Part shown: piece by piece, positions 1 through 8,445 of the stretch | Numbering within the stretch: the first letter of the stretch is position 1 | How the letters are laid out: each line of letters starts with the position of its first letter | Assembly (NCBI GenBank): GCA_038851075.1 | Contig: JAWCLG010000008.1 | Coordinates: 1-44,566 of the forward strand | From: Candidatus Hadarchaeales archaeon | Lineage (GTDB): Archaea; Hadarchaeota; Hadarchaeia; Hadarchaeales; Hadarchaeaceae | Direction of reading: 5' to 3' | Length of the DNA stretch: 44,566 nt | Position numbers and translations under genes: made by a program | The notes under the pieces: generated by a model | Told to the model about the DNA's origin: nothing | Database searches by the model: none | The model's input: the letters and a program-made list of their open reading frames with translations, nothing else

Positions 1-2348
1 ATGTTGTGCGGTATGTTTATTGGAGCGCCTTCCAGCCTGTTTATGGCCTCCTCGATGCTGCTCGCGTGGAGGGTGGAGTAAGAGGTGTGGCCGGTCGACA
101 TGGCCTGGAAAAGCGTGAGTCCCTCTTTTCCCCTGACCTCACCAACGACTATGCACTCCGGCCTCTGTCTCATGGCCTGCAGCAGGAGGTCGTAAAGCGT
201 AATTCCTCCGCCACCTTCTCCTATCGTCCCCCTGGTCACGCTCGGGATCCAGTTCGGCTGGTAGAGCGTGAGCTCTCTTGTCTCCTCCAGCGAGACGATC
301 TTGGCGTCCGGGGGTATGAAGAGGGCCATTGCGTTCAGCGTCGATGTTTTTCCAGAGGCGGTCTCTCCTATTATCAGTATGTTATTTTTGTTCTCGACGG
401 CCAGCCACAGGTACGCCAGCATCTCCGCGGAGTAGGTCTTGTTCTTCAGCAGGTGGATCGGTGTGAACGGCTCCTTTGCGAACTTCCTTATCGTAAAGGT
501 GCTTCCTCTTGTTGTTATCTCCCTCCCCAGTGTCGCCTGCAGCCTGGATCCGTCCGGGAGCGTGGCATCGACGGTCGGCTTTCCGAATGAGATCATCTTG
601 CCGCTTCGCTCCACAAGATTTATCACGATGGAGTTCAGGACCTCTTCATCGCGGAAGACTATGTTTGTGGGAGTGCTGTAATACTTCCGGTGATATATGT
701 ACACCGGCACGTCAAGCCCGTTGCATGATATGTCCTCTATGTTTGGGTCCTTCATCAGGGCGTCGATGCCTTTGAGCCCGAAGCACTCCCTCCTGATTTC
801 GTAGTAGAGCTTGTAGGCAGTGAGCGGGGATATCTTGATCTTGCTTTTTGTGATGAACTCATAAATCTTGGTGGATAGCACTTTCTCCCTGCTGCCCATC
901 AGCTCCTCCAGGGAGAGCCTTGCCTTGAGGTGTTCCACTATCTGCTCGGCGAGTTTCTTCTCGTTCTCGTCAAGCTTCGGCTCGACCAGACAGTACAGTC
1001 TTTCCCTGGTCTTCGGGTTCTGCATGATCTGCACGTAGGCGAACGGCTCATCGACCCAGTACTCCTCTACGCTCTGAAAGCCTTCAATGGGTTCCGGCTT
1101 GGTTATCGGCCCGTGGATCTTCGGGTCGTAAGGCGGAAATCCCTCAAGCTTCAGCTCTGCGGGTTTGGCCTCCTCGATCTTGATCTTCTTCTTTGTCACA
1201 ATCTCCTTGATCGCCCTGTCGAGTTCAGCTCCTTTTTTTGGCAGTGGTTCTACCTCTTTCACCGGGATCTTTTCATAGACGATTTTCCCGGCTCCGGGCT
1301 TCGCGCCGCCGCTTATCACGGTGACGCCCGGTGCCCTCTCTCCGGAAACCGGCCTCTCGACAACGACTTCTCTCTCCTCCGGAAGTTCAGGTTCTTCCTC
1401 CGGAGCGACCTCTTCCTCGGCCTCAGCTGAGGTTTCCTCCGCAGTCTCGATTTCCGCCGCCCTAGCAGTTTTTTCCGCGACCGCCCCGGTTACCACGTGT
1501 TCCCTCAAAACTGATCTGGGCTTCACGCCTGCAGCCTTCTTCATGGCGGCTTCGGGTTCCTCCTCTATCTGTCCCTCTATGGCTCTGGCAAGCGCCCTCT
1601 TGCTCATCTCCTCGCGCGCCGGCTTAACCGGTAAGGCGGGCTCGATCGGTGTTTCCACCTTCTCTGGTCTTTTGCCCGGGATTTTCACCGGTGGCTCCTC
1701 GATTCCGTGCTCAATTGCGCGCGCGAGTTCCTTCTTCCTCTCGAGTTCAACCGCGGGCTTTGGTTTTTCGGTTTTCACGGTTCTTTTGCTTGGAATCTTG
1801 ACCGGGGGCTCCTCCTCTACCCCCCGTTCGATCGCGCGTGCTAGTTCCTTCTTGGTGAGTTCATGAGGCGGTTTCTCCTTTACCGGTTTCACTTTCTCAG
1901 GAACCTTTTCCTTGATCTTCAGCGGCTCTTCCTCGAGTGCCCTCTCGATGTCCACGGCCAGCGCGCTCTTGTCGGGCCTGGGCACGGGCGTTTCTTTCAC
2001 GGTCTCGAACTCAATGCCCTCCTCCTCCACGGCTCCGGCGAGCGCCCTTGCCAGCGCCTCCTTCTCGAACGTGACTTTTTCCGGTGCCACGGTCTTTTTC
2101 CCGAGGCTTCTGGCCAGATCCATTGCTGCGCCGTCCCTTGCGATTCTCTCCAGCGCAGCCCTGGAAAACGTCATTCCCCTGAAGCGTACCGTTTTTCCGG
2201 ATCTGCTCCTTCTGAGAGCCCTGAGAAGCTCCTCCTCGAAATCGTACGGTCTGATATGGATTATGCGTCTGCGGGTTTTTCTCCTCCTTTTGACTCTTCT
2301 GATTCTATGAAAAGAGCGCGATTTCCCCTTCAGGCGTCTTTTTGTCAT
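1..2348 (-). CDS. Type II/IV secretion (VirB11/ArlI/PilB family) pilus assembly ATPase, 3'-truncated by window edge, long N-terminal extension
   Basis: Not in the ORF track because there is no stop in the window. Manual translation from ATG at 2348 stays open to position 1. Contains DPNIEDISCNG, DATLPDGSR, FTIRKF, Walker A GETASGKT, LEETRE, RQRPECIVVGEVRG and His-box TGHTSYSTLHA. Confidence 0.93.
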   Translation of the reverse strand, partial: MTKRRLKGKSRSFHRIRRVKRRRKTRRRIIHIRPYDFEEELLRALRRSRSGKTVRFRGMTFSRAALERIARDGAAMDLARSLGKKTVAPEKVTFEKEALARALAGAVEEEGIEFETVKETPVPRPDKSALAVDIERALEEEPLKIKEKVPEKVKPVKEKPPHELTKKELARAIERGVEEEPPVKIPSKRTVKTEKPKPAVELERKKELARAIEHGIEEPPVKIPGKRPEKVETPIEPALPVKPAREEMSKRALARAIEGQIEEEPEAAMKKAAGVKPRSVLREHVVTGAVAEKTARAAEIETAEETSAEAEEEVAPEEEPELPEEREVVVERPVSGERAPGVTVISGGAKPGAGKIVYEKIPVKEVEPLPKKGAELDRAIKEIVTKKKIKIEEAKPAELKLEGFPPYDPKIHGPITKPEPIEGFQSVEEYWVDEPFAYVQIMQNPKTRERLYCLVEPKLDENEKKLAEQIVEHLKARLSLEELMGSREKVLSTKIYEFITKSKIKISPLTAYKLYYEIRRECFGLKGIDALMKDPNIEDISCNGLDVPVYIYHRKYYSTPTNIVFRDEEVLNSIVINLVERSGKMISFGKPTVDATLPDGSRLQATLGREITTRGSTFTIRKFAKEPFTPIHLLKNKTYSAEMLAYLWLAVENKNNILIIGETASGKTSTLNAMALFIPPDAKIVSLEETRELTLYQPNWIPSVTRGTIGEGGGGITLYDLLLQAMRQRPECIVVGEVRGKEGLTLFQAMSTGHTSYSTLHASSIEEAINRLEGAPINIPHN

Positions 2349-2448
2349 CCCAACCGCCAGAAATAAATTATGTAGTTGCGGCTTAATAATCTGACTGGAC
2401 CGGATGAGTTTCGATTCACGTTTTTGCATATGATAAAACAGCAAAAAA

Positions 2449-2479
2449 GCTGCCGGGGTCTTGCTTTTTGGCCGGCAGC
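2449..2479 (-). terminator. Hairpin/terminator downstream of pilin gene
   Basis: GCTGCCGG (2449-2456) pairs with CCGGCAGC (2472-2479). On the minus strand it is followed by T6 (2448-2443), just after the pilin stop at 2494. Confidence 0.55.
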
Positions 2480-2493
2480 GGTTTTTATGGATT

Positions 2494-2943
2494 TTACGCT
2501 ACAGTTTCCTGCGTAAGGATTTGGTTGGCTGGTTTGTAGACGATAGTTATGACATCTCCGGAACTAAGTGCTTGTGTCCCAATGAATGCTGCTTTTAATA
2601 TATCGCCCGCTTTGAACTGGGTGACGTTAATAGAGCCACCGTTTAGAGTGTAAGCGGGAGTAGATGTAACCGTGCTTGAAGATATCCTAACTTCAAGTAC
2701 ACTAGTGTTGAGAGTACTACCTGAGAAAGCATTGGATATCGTGTCCCCTCCCATGTGTTTTATAATAATTCCTCTGGAGGTGTTGACAGCATTTTCAATT
2801 GTTATGTTCGCGGTTATGGTTCCTGATGTCAGAGTCCCGCCCAGTCCGCTCACGAAAATCGCTATGCTTCCGATAGCGACTACCGTTATTGCGATGAGCA
2901 GAATCGTTGCGACGACTGCAGAAACTCCTTTAAAATCCTTCAT
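2494..2943 (-). CDS. Archaeal type IV pilin (DUF1628-like N-terminus), probable major pilin, 149 aa
   Basis: ATG at 2943 with GAGGTGA SD. Class III signal peptide MKDFKG|VSAVVATILLIAITV, HMGGD motif and four N-x-S/T sequons. Confidence 0.9.
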   Translation of the reverse strand: MKDFKGVSAVVATILLIAITVVAIGSIAIFVSGLGGTLTSGTITANITIENAVNTSRGIIIKHMGGDTISNAFSGSTLNTSVLEVRISSSTVTSTPAYTLNGGSINVTQFKAGDILKAAFIGTQALSSGDVITIVYKPANQILTQETVA

Positions 2944-2979
2944 TTTATTTTCACCTCTTTTACACATATGTCCTGACGA

Positions 2980-2996
2980 TTTAAAAACGCTTTCGG
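2980..2996 (-). promoter_or_regulatory. BRE/TATA-like promoter of the pilin gene
   Basis: Minus strand reads CCGAAAGCG-TTTTTAAA, ending about 37 nt upstream of the ATG at 2943. Confidence 0.5.
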
Positions 2997-3064
2997 TCCC
3001 GGTATAAAAGCGCAATTCCCGCATATCTGCAAATTACGGGATTCACTGAAAAAGGGGATATTTT

Positions 3065-3110
3065 TGCGGCCCGGGGCCACCCGATCAGGAGCCCGCGACC
3101 CCGGGCCGCA
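3065..3110. terminator. 12-bp perfect GC-rich inverted repeat between the GLUG-pilin and the major pilin
   Basis: TGCGGCCCGGGG (3065-3076) and CCCCGGGCCGCA (3099-3110), 22-nt loop, immediately after the stop at 3129. Confidence 0.5.
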
Positions 3111-3128
3111 GGGGAAGCCATCGAGTTA

Positions 3129-4439
3129 TCAGGGGACCGTGTATTGCACCAGCAGCTGGTTCGCGGGACGATATATGATTGTTATAACATCTCCCGGTCT
3201 CAGCCCAAGCCTGGCAACAAAGCCAGGGTTCATGAGCGCAGGATATCCGCTGTTCACCCCGGGTATGATCGTCCATATGTCTCTTGTTCCGGTGTCTACA
3301 GGTGGATTACCCACAAAGTCCCACGGAGTGGTCAGTCCTGGGCTCTGACTCGGATTGGTGAACGTGGAGACATCTTTCATCTGCGCCGTTGTTTTCCCGG
3401 TACCACCCGCGCTGGTAGTTTTCCCGGACGTTTCCATGTCCCAGAAGGAGTTCTTTACTGTTCCATCCTGGCTTTTTCCGACAAGGCCTCCTCCGTTGCC
3501 ATCCACTGTGCCCGCGGAGTAACAGTTCTCGATACTGCCAGCGTTCCACCCCACGAGTCCGCCGGTGTGGGTATTACCTGTGACTTTGCAGAGCGAGTAG
3601 GATTCGGATATCTTTCCGGTGCCGGAATTAGTTCCTACCAGACCCCCAACGCTTGAAGTTCCTTCCACAACTCCCGTTGCGTAGCACCGCGTCACCGTGC
3701 CATAGTTGGCTCCTACCAGCGCTCCCGCACTTTGCCCCCCGATTACGCGCACGTTCTCCAGCCCTATATCCTTGATAATACCAGCTGTCCCGATTCCGCC
3801 GATAAATCCTCCGCTGGAGCTTGTACCCCGTATCACCAGGTTTTTTATCACGTGCCCCCTACCGTCGAAACTGCCGGTGAACTCCTCACCGCTGCCCGGT
3901 TTTGATATGGAATCTATCGTGAAGCCATTCGCGTCGATATCGCATCCAAGCGCGAAGTGTTTTTTGAGGAAATCCGAACCGAACAAGCTTTCCATCGTGT
4001 CAGGGCTTTTGATGTGTTCCACGCTTTTGATTATGTACGGGTCATCCGGAGTTCCGCTTCCGCTGGGCGTCCCACCGTCCTCCTGCCCGACCATACTGTA
4101 GTTTATCACGTCGTTCGCTTCGAGCCTCAGATCTCCTGTAACCTTGGCTCCATTGAATCTTATGTTTTCCATGCCGATAGGAACTCCGTTGATTCGCACC
4201 TCAAGGTCGCCCCAGCTGGCGCCACTTATCGCGTTTTGAATCGTCTCGCCCCCCTCGTGAATTATGCTGAATTCGGTCGACCCGGCAGCGGCCCCGGATA
4301 ACCGTATTTCAGAGTTAACTGGGGGACTCATCTGTAAAAACTGACCGAGTAAACAGGTGATTGATCCGGCAGCGATTACTGTAATTGAAGTAAGGAGCAC
4401 AACGGCTACAACTGGTGAGACACCCCTCCGGCCCTCCAC
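3129..4439 (-). CDS. Type IV pilin-like protein with inserted GLUG-repeat adhesin domain
   Basis: Signal RRG|VSPVVAVVLL and HEGGE motif. GLUG-family hallmarks GSGTPDDPYII, FTGSFDGRGHVIKNL, GGLVGxN repeats and SFWDMETSG..SAGGTGKTTAQM. Pilin-type C-terminus GDVITIIYRPANQ. Confidence 0.85.
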   Translation of the reverse strand: MEGRRGVSPVVAVVLLTSITVIAAGSITCLLGQFLQMSPPVNSEIRLSGAAAGSTEFSIIHEGGETIQNAISGASWGDLEVRINGVPIGMENIRFNGAKVTGDLRLEANDVINYSMVGQEDGGTPSGSGTPDDPYIIKSVEHIKSPDTMESLFGSDFLKKHFALGCDIDANGFTIDSISKPGSGEEFTGSFDGRGHVIKNLVIRGTSSSGGFIGGIGTAGIIKDIGLENVRVIGGQSAGALVGANYGTVTRCYATGVVEGTSSVGGLVGTNSGTGKISESYSLCKVTGNTHTGGLVGWNAGSIENCYSAGTVDGNGGGLVGKSQDGTVKNSFWDMETSGKTTSAGGTGKTTAQMKDVSTFTNPSQSPGLTTPWDFVGNPPVDTGTRDIWTIIPGVNSGYPALMNPGFVARLGLRPGDVITIIYRPANQLLVQYTVP

Positions 4440-4570
4440 GGCTCCCCCTAATCATATCTATATCTACTTTTGGGCAATTAAGTTTTTCCCGCTTTTTAAA
4501 CCCCCGAAAACCGCCGGGACTCGGAGGCAGATGTATTTTTAAATATCTTAGATTATCTTTTATTGGTTGC

Positions 4571-5329
4571 ATGGCAAGGGTAATCGCAATGGCTTCGGGG
4601 AAGGGCGGCTCCGGAAAGAGCATGGTGACCGCCAACTTTGGAATCGCGCTTGCAAAGTTTGGAAAGCGTACGCTTATAATTGACGCAGATATATCAATGC
4701 CCAATCTGCATATTTTTACTGGACAGAGGAATATTCCTCCGGTAACCCTTTACGAGGTCCTTGCGAAATTAAATCCTCCGCAACAGGCAGTACAAAAAAT
4801 CTACGGTGGCGCCGACCTGATGCCGTGCGGGACATCTCTTGATGGTTTTTTGAAGGCGGATGTGAGGAGGCTGAAGGATGTAGTTGATATAATGGCGCCG
4901 AGCTATGACTATGTACTCCTTGATACGTCTCCCGGGTTGAACAAGTACAACCTGACAGCTATCAGGGCTGCGGGTGAGGCAATATGGGTTGTCACTCCGG
5001 ACGAGCCGTCACTGTCGAGCACGTACAGGTTGAAAACTGCCGCCGATGTTTTCGACGTTAAGACGGTAGGAATTATTGTGAACAAGCTTCCATCGTTTTC
5101 TTGGGGTGAGCGCAAAAAGGTCCCACCGCTGAGGCGGGCAGACATAGAGTCGAGATTTGGGTCTAAAATAATTGGGACAATACCCGAAAAGAAGGAAGTT
5201 TATATAGCAACCCTGCTGAAAAAGTCGGTGATCGAATACAGTCCGAAAGGCCCGGTCACAATAGCTTTCAGAGATATGGTAAGGAGCTTCCTCGTGGCCT
5301 CAGGCCAGGATTTGGCGATGCCAAGGTAA
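4571..5329 (+). CDS. minD: MinD/ParA-family ATPase
   Basis: ATG at 4571. Deviant Walker A SGKGGSGKS, IDADISMPNL, YDYVLLDTSPG, VVTPD and GIIVNK motifs. Confidence 0.85.
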   Translation: MARVIAMASGKGGSGKSMVTANFGIALAKFGKRTLIIDADISMPNLHIFTGQRNIPPVTLYEVLAKLNPPQQAVQKIYGGADLMPCGTSLDGFLKADVRRLKDVVDIMAPSYDYVLLDTSPGLNKYNLTAIRAAGEAIWVVTPDEPSLSSTYRLKTAADVFDVKTVGIIVNKLPSFSWGERKKVPPLRRADIESRFGSKIIGTIPEKKEVYIATLLKKSVIEYSPKGPVTIAFRDMVRSFLVASGQDLAMPR

Positions 5330-5476
5330 TTTTTAGGACAGTATATCTACACTTTTTAATAAGAATAAAAATTTAATCGATTACGTCCAATTATTACATG
5401 GGGTGCTGAGATAGCTGGAGAGTTCGTATCGGGCGCTGTTTTTATCTCGGGCGACGGTGAGATCGGGACATCAACA

Positions 5477-7474
5477 GTGGTTTCAATAATGCTGCTCTTT
5501 ATTTTAACTGTTGTGTCTGTTGGGGTTTTTGCGCTATGGCTCTCAGGCTTGGGCCCGGGTCCTCCACCTCTGGCTGCGGACGTGGCGCTGCTGGCGACAG
5601 GTGGAACACAGAACAGTATAAGCGTGACTTTCGAGCACAGGGGTGGAGAGTCGGTAAGGCTGGATGATCTCGCCGTCCAGATCGCCTGGAAGGACATGTC
5701 TGGAATTGTCAGGACATACCGCACCGACTCGGGAGGCGGAGGAGTAACCGTTACGATGACCACCGAGCCGGTCAGCAAGACCCGCTTTGAGCTCGGGGAC
5801 AATCTTAGAGTCACATTCAATCTTTCCGGGTACACATATAATCCGGCAGAGTATGCGTCGGTCTGGTTGATATACAGGCCCGCGAACCAGGTGTTGATAG
5901 CAGGGAGATATATACCGGGCGCAGGAGTGGAGGAGCTGGTTTACGACGATTTCGAGGACGGCAGTCTAGGAACCAACACGGGGGGAATCGCCGGTTCGAT
6001 GGCACCTCCCATAGAGGTAGGGCAGATTCCTGGCTACAAGGACGCGTTCTTCAGTAGGATGTGGCTGGTCAATATTATCTTTGACAATGAAAACCGGGCA
6101 ATGAAAGAGACAGTGGACATAGACAACATCGAGTTCATAAAGGCGGGCACTCCGGAGTTGATGTTTTGCTCGTTTGAGATACCGGGATCCACGGACACCG
6201 GAGGGTCCAGAGGATGTTATAATAATTTCTATCCTTCCACACCATACGTTCGTGAAACGGATATAGTTGGAGACAGGGTGCCTGGCGAGAAACAGTTGAA
6301 ATTGGAGTATAATCGTGGGAACAGTTATTGCGGGTACTTTATGAAGTCAAGCGGCGGGTCAGAACTCGATATAAGTGCTTATAATACTCTGAAACTATAC
6401 GCGAAGGGATCCGCAAATATAACGAACGTGAAGCTGGAGATGAAGAGCGCCACTGGAAATGGTGAAAGACGGATAAACCTTCCCACATCTTGGACCGAGA
6501 TAACGATCTCTTTCTCGCAGTTCTCCGGTTTCAATCCTGCGAGGTTCACCGAAATGGTTATAACTTTTGATACAAGCACCAGCCCACAGTCAGCAACCGC
6601 CTATTTTGACGATATAAAGTTTACAGTAGCTTCAGGAGGTGCGGATGATGTGACAAAATACGATGATTTTGACGATGGGGAACATGACACTAATCTCGGT
6701 GGTAGTGCCGGAGTTGCATCATATGACGGGTCTCATGATCCTGTTGCCACATTTGTTGGGTCAGGCAACAGTTATTTTCTGCGTTTGAGCGTGGATCTTG
6801 ACAAGGAGTGGTGTGGATACTACATGTACGCCACAGATACAAATCCGGCCAGTCCCCCGAGGGAGAACGTGAATGCGAAGGATAACGATAACATCTCCGT
6901 GATGGTGAGGGGAAGCAAAGGTGGAGAGAACTTTAAGATAGAGATAAAGGATGCGTACGAAAACGCTGTGTCCATATATGCCACTCAGACACCTGGTTTT
7001 GGGCAGATAACAACCAGCTGGAAGAAGCTGAGCATTCCTCTCACAAAATTCAGGCATTTTGATAACCCGAGGCTGAGCATAGTTGAAGACTCCGGAAGCC
7101 GCTGGCTGAGGGTAGATTACAGCTATTATAACGTTTCTGGCAACTGGTGCGGTTATTACAGCTCTTTTAGGTCTGACTGGAGCGGCTACGATGTCAGCGG
7201 TTACGCACACCTGAAATTCAGGCTCAGGGGTGGCAGTGGAGGCGAGAACTTCAAGATAGAGATAAAGGACACATCAGGTGGTATGTGGTCGAGATATTTA
7301 ACCCAGTTCATCGGTTTCAGCGGAGGGCTCCCCACGAGTCCGCAGGAACTTGATATATCTTTGAGCACGGTCACCGGAGTCAACCTCAGTAGTCTGAAGG
7401 AGATAGATATAACTTTCGATACCAGTCCAAGGCAGGGGACTGTTTACATCGACAAGATATGGTTCACCAAGTGA
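5477..7474 (+). CDS. Type IV pilin-like protein with C-terminal CBM11/CIA30-like carbohydrate-binding modules (true start probably upstream)
   Basis: Hydrophobic pilin helix, HRGGE and IYRPANQ motifs, followed by repeated DDFxDG, W/YCGY, GGENFKIEIKD and YIDxIxF motifs. The frame is open from 5369 but has no ATG/GTG/TTG before 5477. Confidence 0.8.
   Translation: MVSIMLLFILTVVSVGVFALWLSGLGPGPPPLAADVALLATGGTQNSISVTFEHRGGESVRLDDLAVQIAWKDMSGIVRTYRTDSGGGGVTVTMTTEPVSKTRFELGDNLRVTFNLSGYTYNPAEYASVWLIYRPANQVLIAGRYIPGAGVEELVYDDFEDGSLGTNTGGIAGSMAPPIEVGQIPGYKDAFFSRMWLVNIIFDNENRAMKETVDIDNIEFIKAGTPELMFCSFEIPGSTDTGGSRGCYNNFYPSTPYVRETDIVGDRVPGEKQLKLEYNRGNSYCGYFMKSSGGSELDISAYNTLKLYAKGSANITNVKLEMKSATGNGERRINLPTSWTEITISFSQFSGFNPARFTEMVITFDTSTSPQSATAYFDDIKFTVASGGADDVTKYDDFDDGEHDTNLGGSAGVASYDGSHDPVATFVGSGNSYFLRLSVDLDKEWCGYYMYATDTNPASPPRENVNAKDNDNISVMVRGSKGGENFKIEIKDAYENAVSIYATQTPGFGQITTSWKKLSIPLTKFRHFDNPRLSIVEDSGSRWLRVDYSYYNVSGNWCGYYSSFRSDWSGYDVSGYAHLKFRLRGGSGGENFKIEIKDTSGGMWSRYLTQFIGFSGGLPTSPQELDISLSTVTGVNLSSLKEIDITFDTSPRQGTVYIDKIWFTK
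6923..7269 (+). repeat. Intragenic direct repeat encoding GENFKIEIKD
   Basis: GGAGAGAACTTTAAGATAGAGATAAAGGA (6923-6951) vs GGCGAGAACTTCAAGATAGAGATAAAGGA (7241-7269), 2 mismatches. Confidence 0.8.
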
Positions 7475-7531
7475 CCGCCTCAGACCGAAAGCAATATGAA
7501 AGCGGTTTTTCAATAATAGGGTGGAGGTCAA

Positions 7532-8371
7532 ATGCGGAGATTTCCCGGCAGGCTTGGCAGCGGTGATTCCGGCATCACACCGGTTCTCGCTGTGGTCCTC
7601 CTGATCGGCGTCTTTGTCACGTTTTTCGCCGCCATGTTCGGAGCTGTGGTTCCGGTCATGCGCAGAGATCAGGAGCGGGCCCACATGACATCAGTTTTAA
7701 ACAGTTTTTTGGAGTTGAAACGTTCGATAGAGGAGGAACTCACCCTTTATATCATAGAGAACGCGGCTAAGGAGGCGGGGCGGAACCCTATGATCACCTC
7801 ATACACTCACACAGTGGATGTGAAGTTGAGCTGTGATCCGCTTCCGATTCTGGGGTGGTTAACCACCGGCAGTTTAAGGTTGAATGGCGGAAAGATAAAG
7901 TTCTCGTCACCAAACCCGCATTATGTTCCTCAGGAATGGATATACGAGAATGGAGCAGTAATACTTGTGCAGGAAGGTACAAGCATAATGCGCTCACCCC
8001 CCCCAATGATAACCGTGAGACAGGCGGCCGGGGATAATCTGGAGGTCTGGGTAACCACGTTTTACATCGACGGCACTGACAATGTGGCAGGCTCCGGGAC
8101 CGCCACGGTGACGGTTGCACTGGACAGCGTCACGGTCGAAAACACGCCGAGAGCATCATTGACCGTAACGGTCTCCGGGAATGTTACAGCATGGAGGAAA
8201 TACTTCGAATCGGTGAGCGCAAAGATAAACAGCGATTTCGGCTCCAATGTTTCTCAGGTCCAGTCAACTGCCTCTTCGGTCAGTCTGAGCATCAATGGAA
8301 AACGATCAGATGCGACAAACGATATCTTCGAAATCCAGAGGAGGGTCAGGATAAAGGCAAGTCTGTTCTGA
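7532..8371 (+). CDS. Class III signal-peptide (pilin-like) protein, probable minor pilin
   Basis: GGAGGT SD. DSG|ITPVLAVVLLIGVFV followed by ERAHMTSVLNSFLELK and YENGAVILVQ, a pattern typical of archaeal minor pilin-like proteins. Confidence 0.7.
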   Translation: MRRFPGRLGSGDSGITPVLAVVLLIGVFVTFFAAMFGAVVPVMRRDQERAHMTSVLNSFLELKRSIEEELTLYIIENAAKEAGRNPMITSYTHTVDVKLSCDPLPILGWLTTGSLRLNGGKIKFSSPNPHYVPQEWIYENGAVILVQEGTSIMRSPPPMITVRQAAGDNLEVWVTTFYIDGTDNVAGSGTATVTVALDSVTVENTPRASLTVTVSGNVTAWRKYFESVSAKINSDFGSNVSQVQSTASSVSLSINGKRSDATNDIFEIQRRVRIKASLF

Positions 8372-8445
8372 CAAGAGTCTTCAGTTCATCGGGCGGCGCA
8401 TCCGCAAAAGTTAATTGCGGGTCGCGATGAGGTTCTTTGGTTGTC

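Noticed and set aside
6-2366. Plus-strand ORFs listed in the track over 1-2.4 kb, and the many antisense ORFs over mbh and ribosomal genes
   Set aside because: They are shadow frames of well-supported opposite-strand genes, with Ser/Phe/Leu-rich composition and no motifs.
4455-5356. Shared TATATCTAC motif near two pilin genes
   Set aside because: Only 9 bp, AT-rich and in opposite orientation relative to the two genes; could be chance.
1-8371. Archaellum operon
   Set aside because: The pilins have G|VSxVVA-type N-termini rather than the archaellin G|xxGIGTLIxFIA type, and no arlF/G/H genes are visible in the window.
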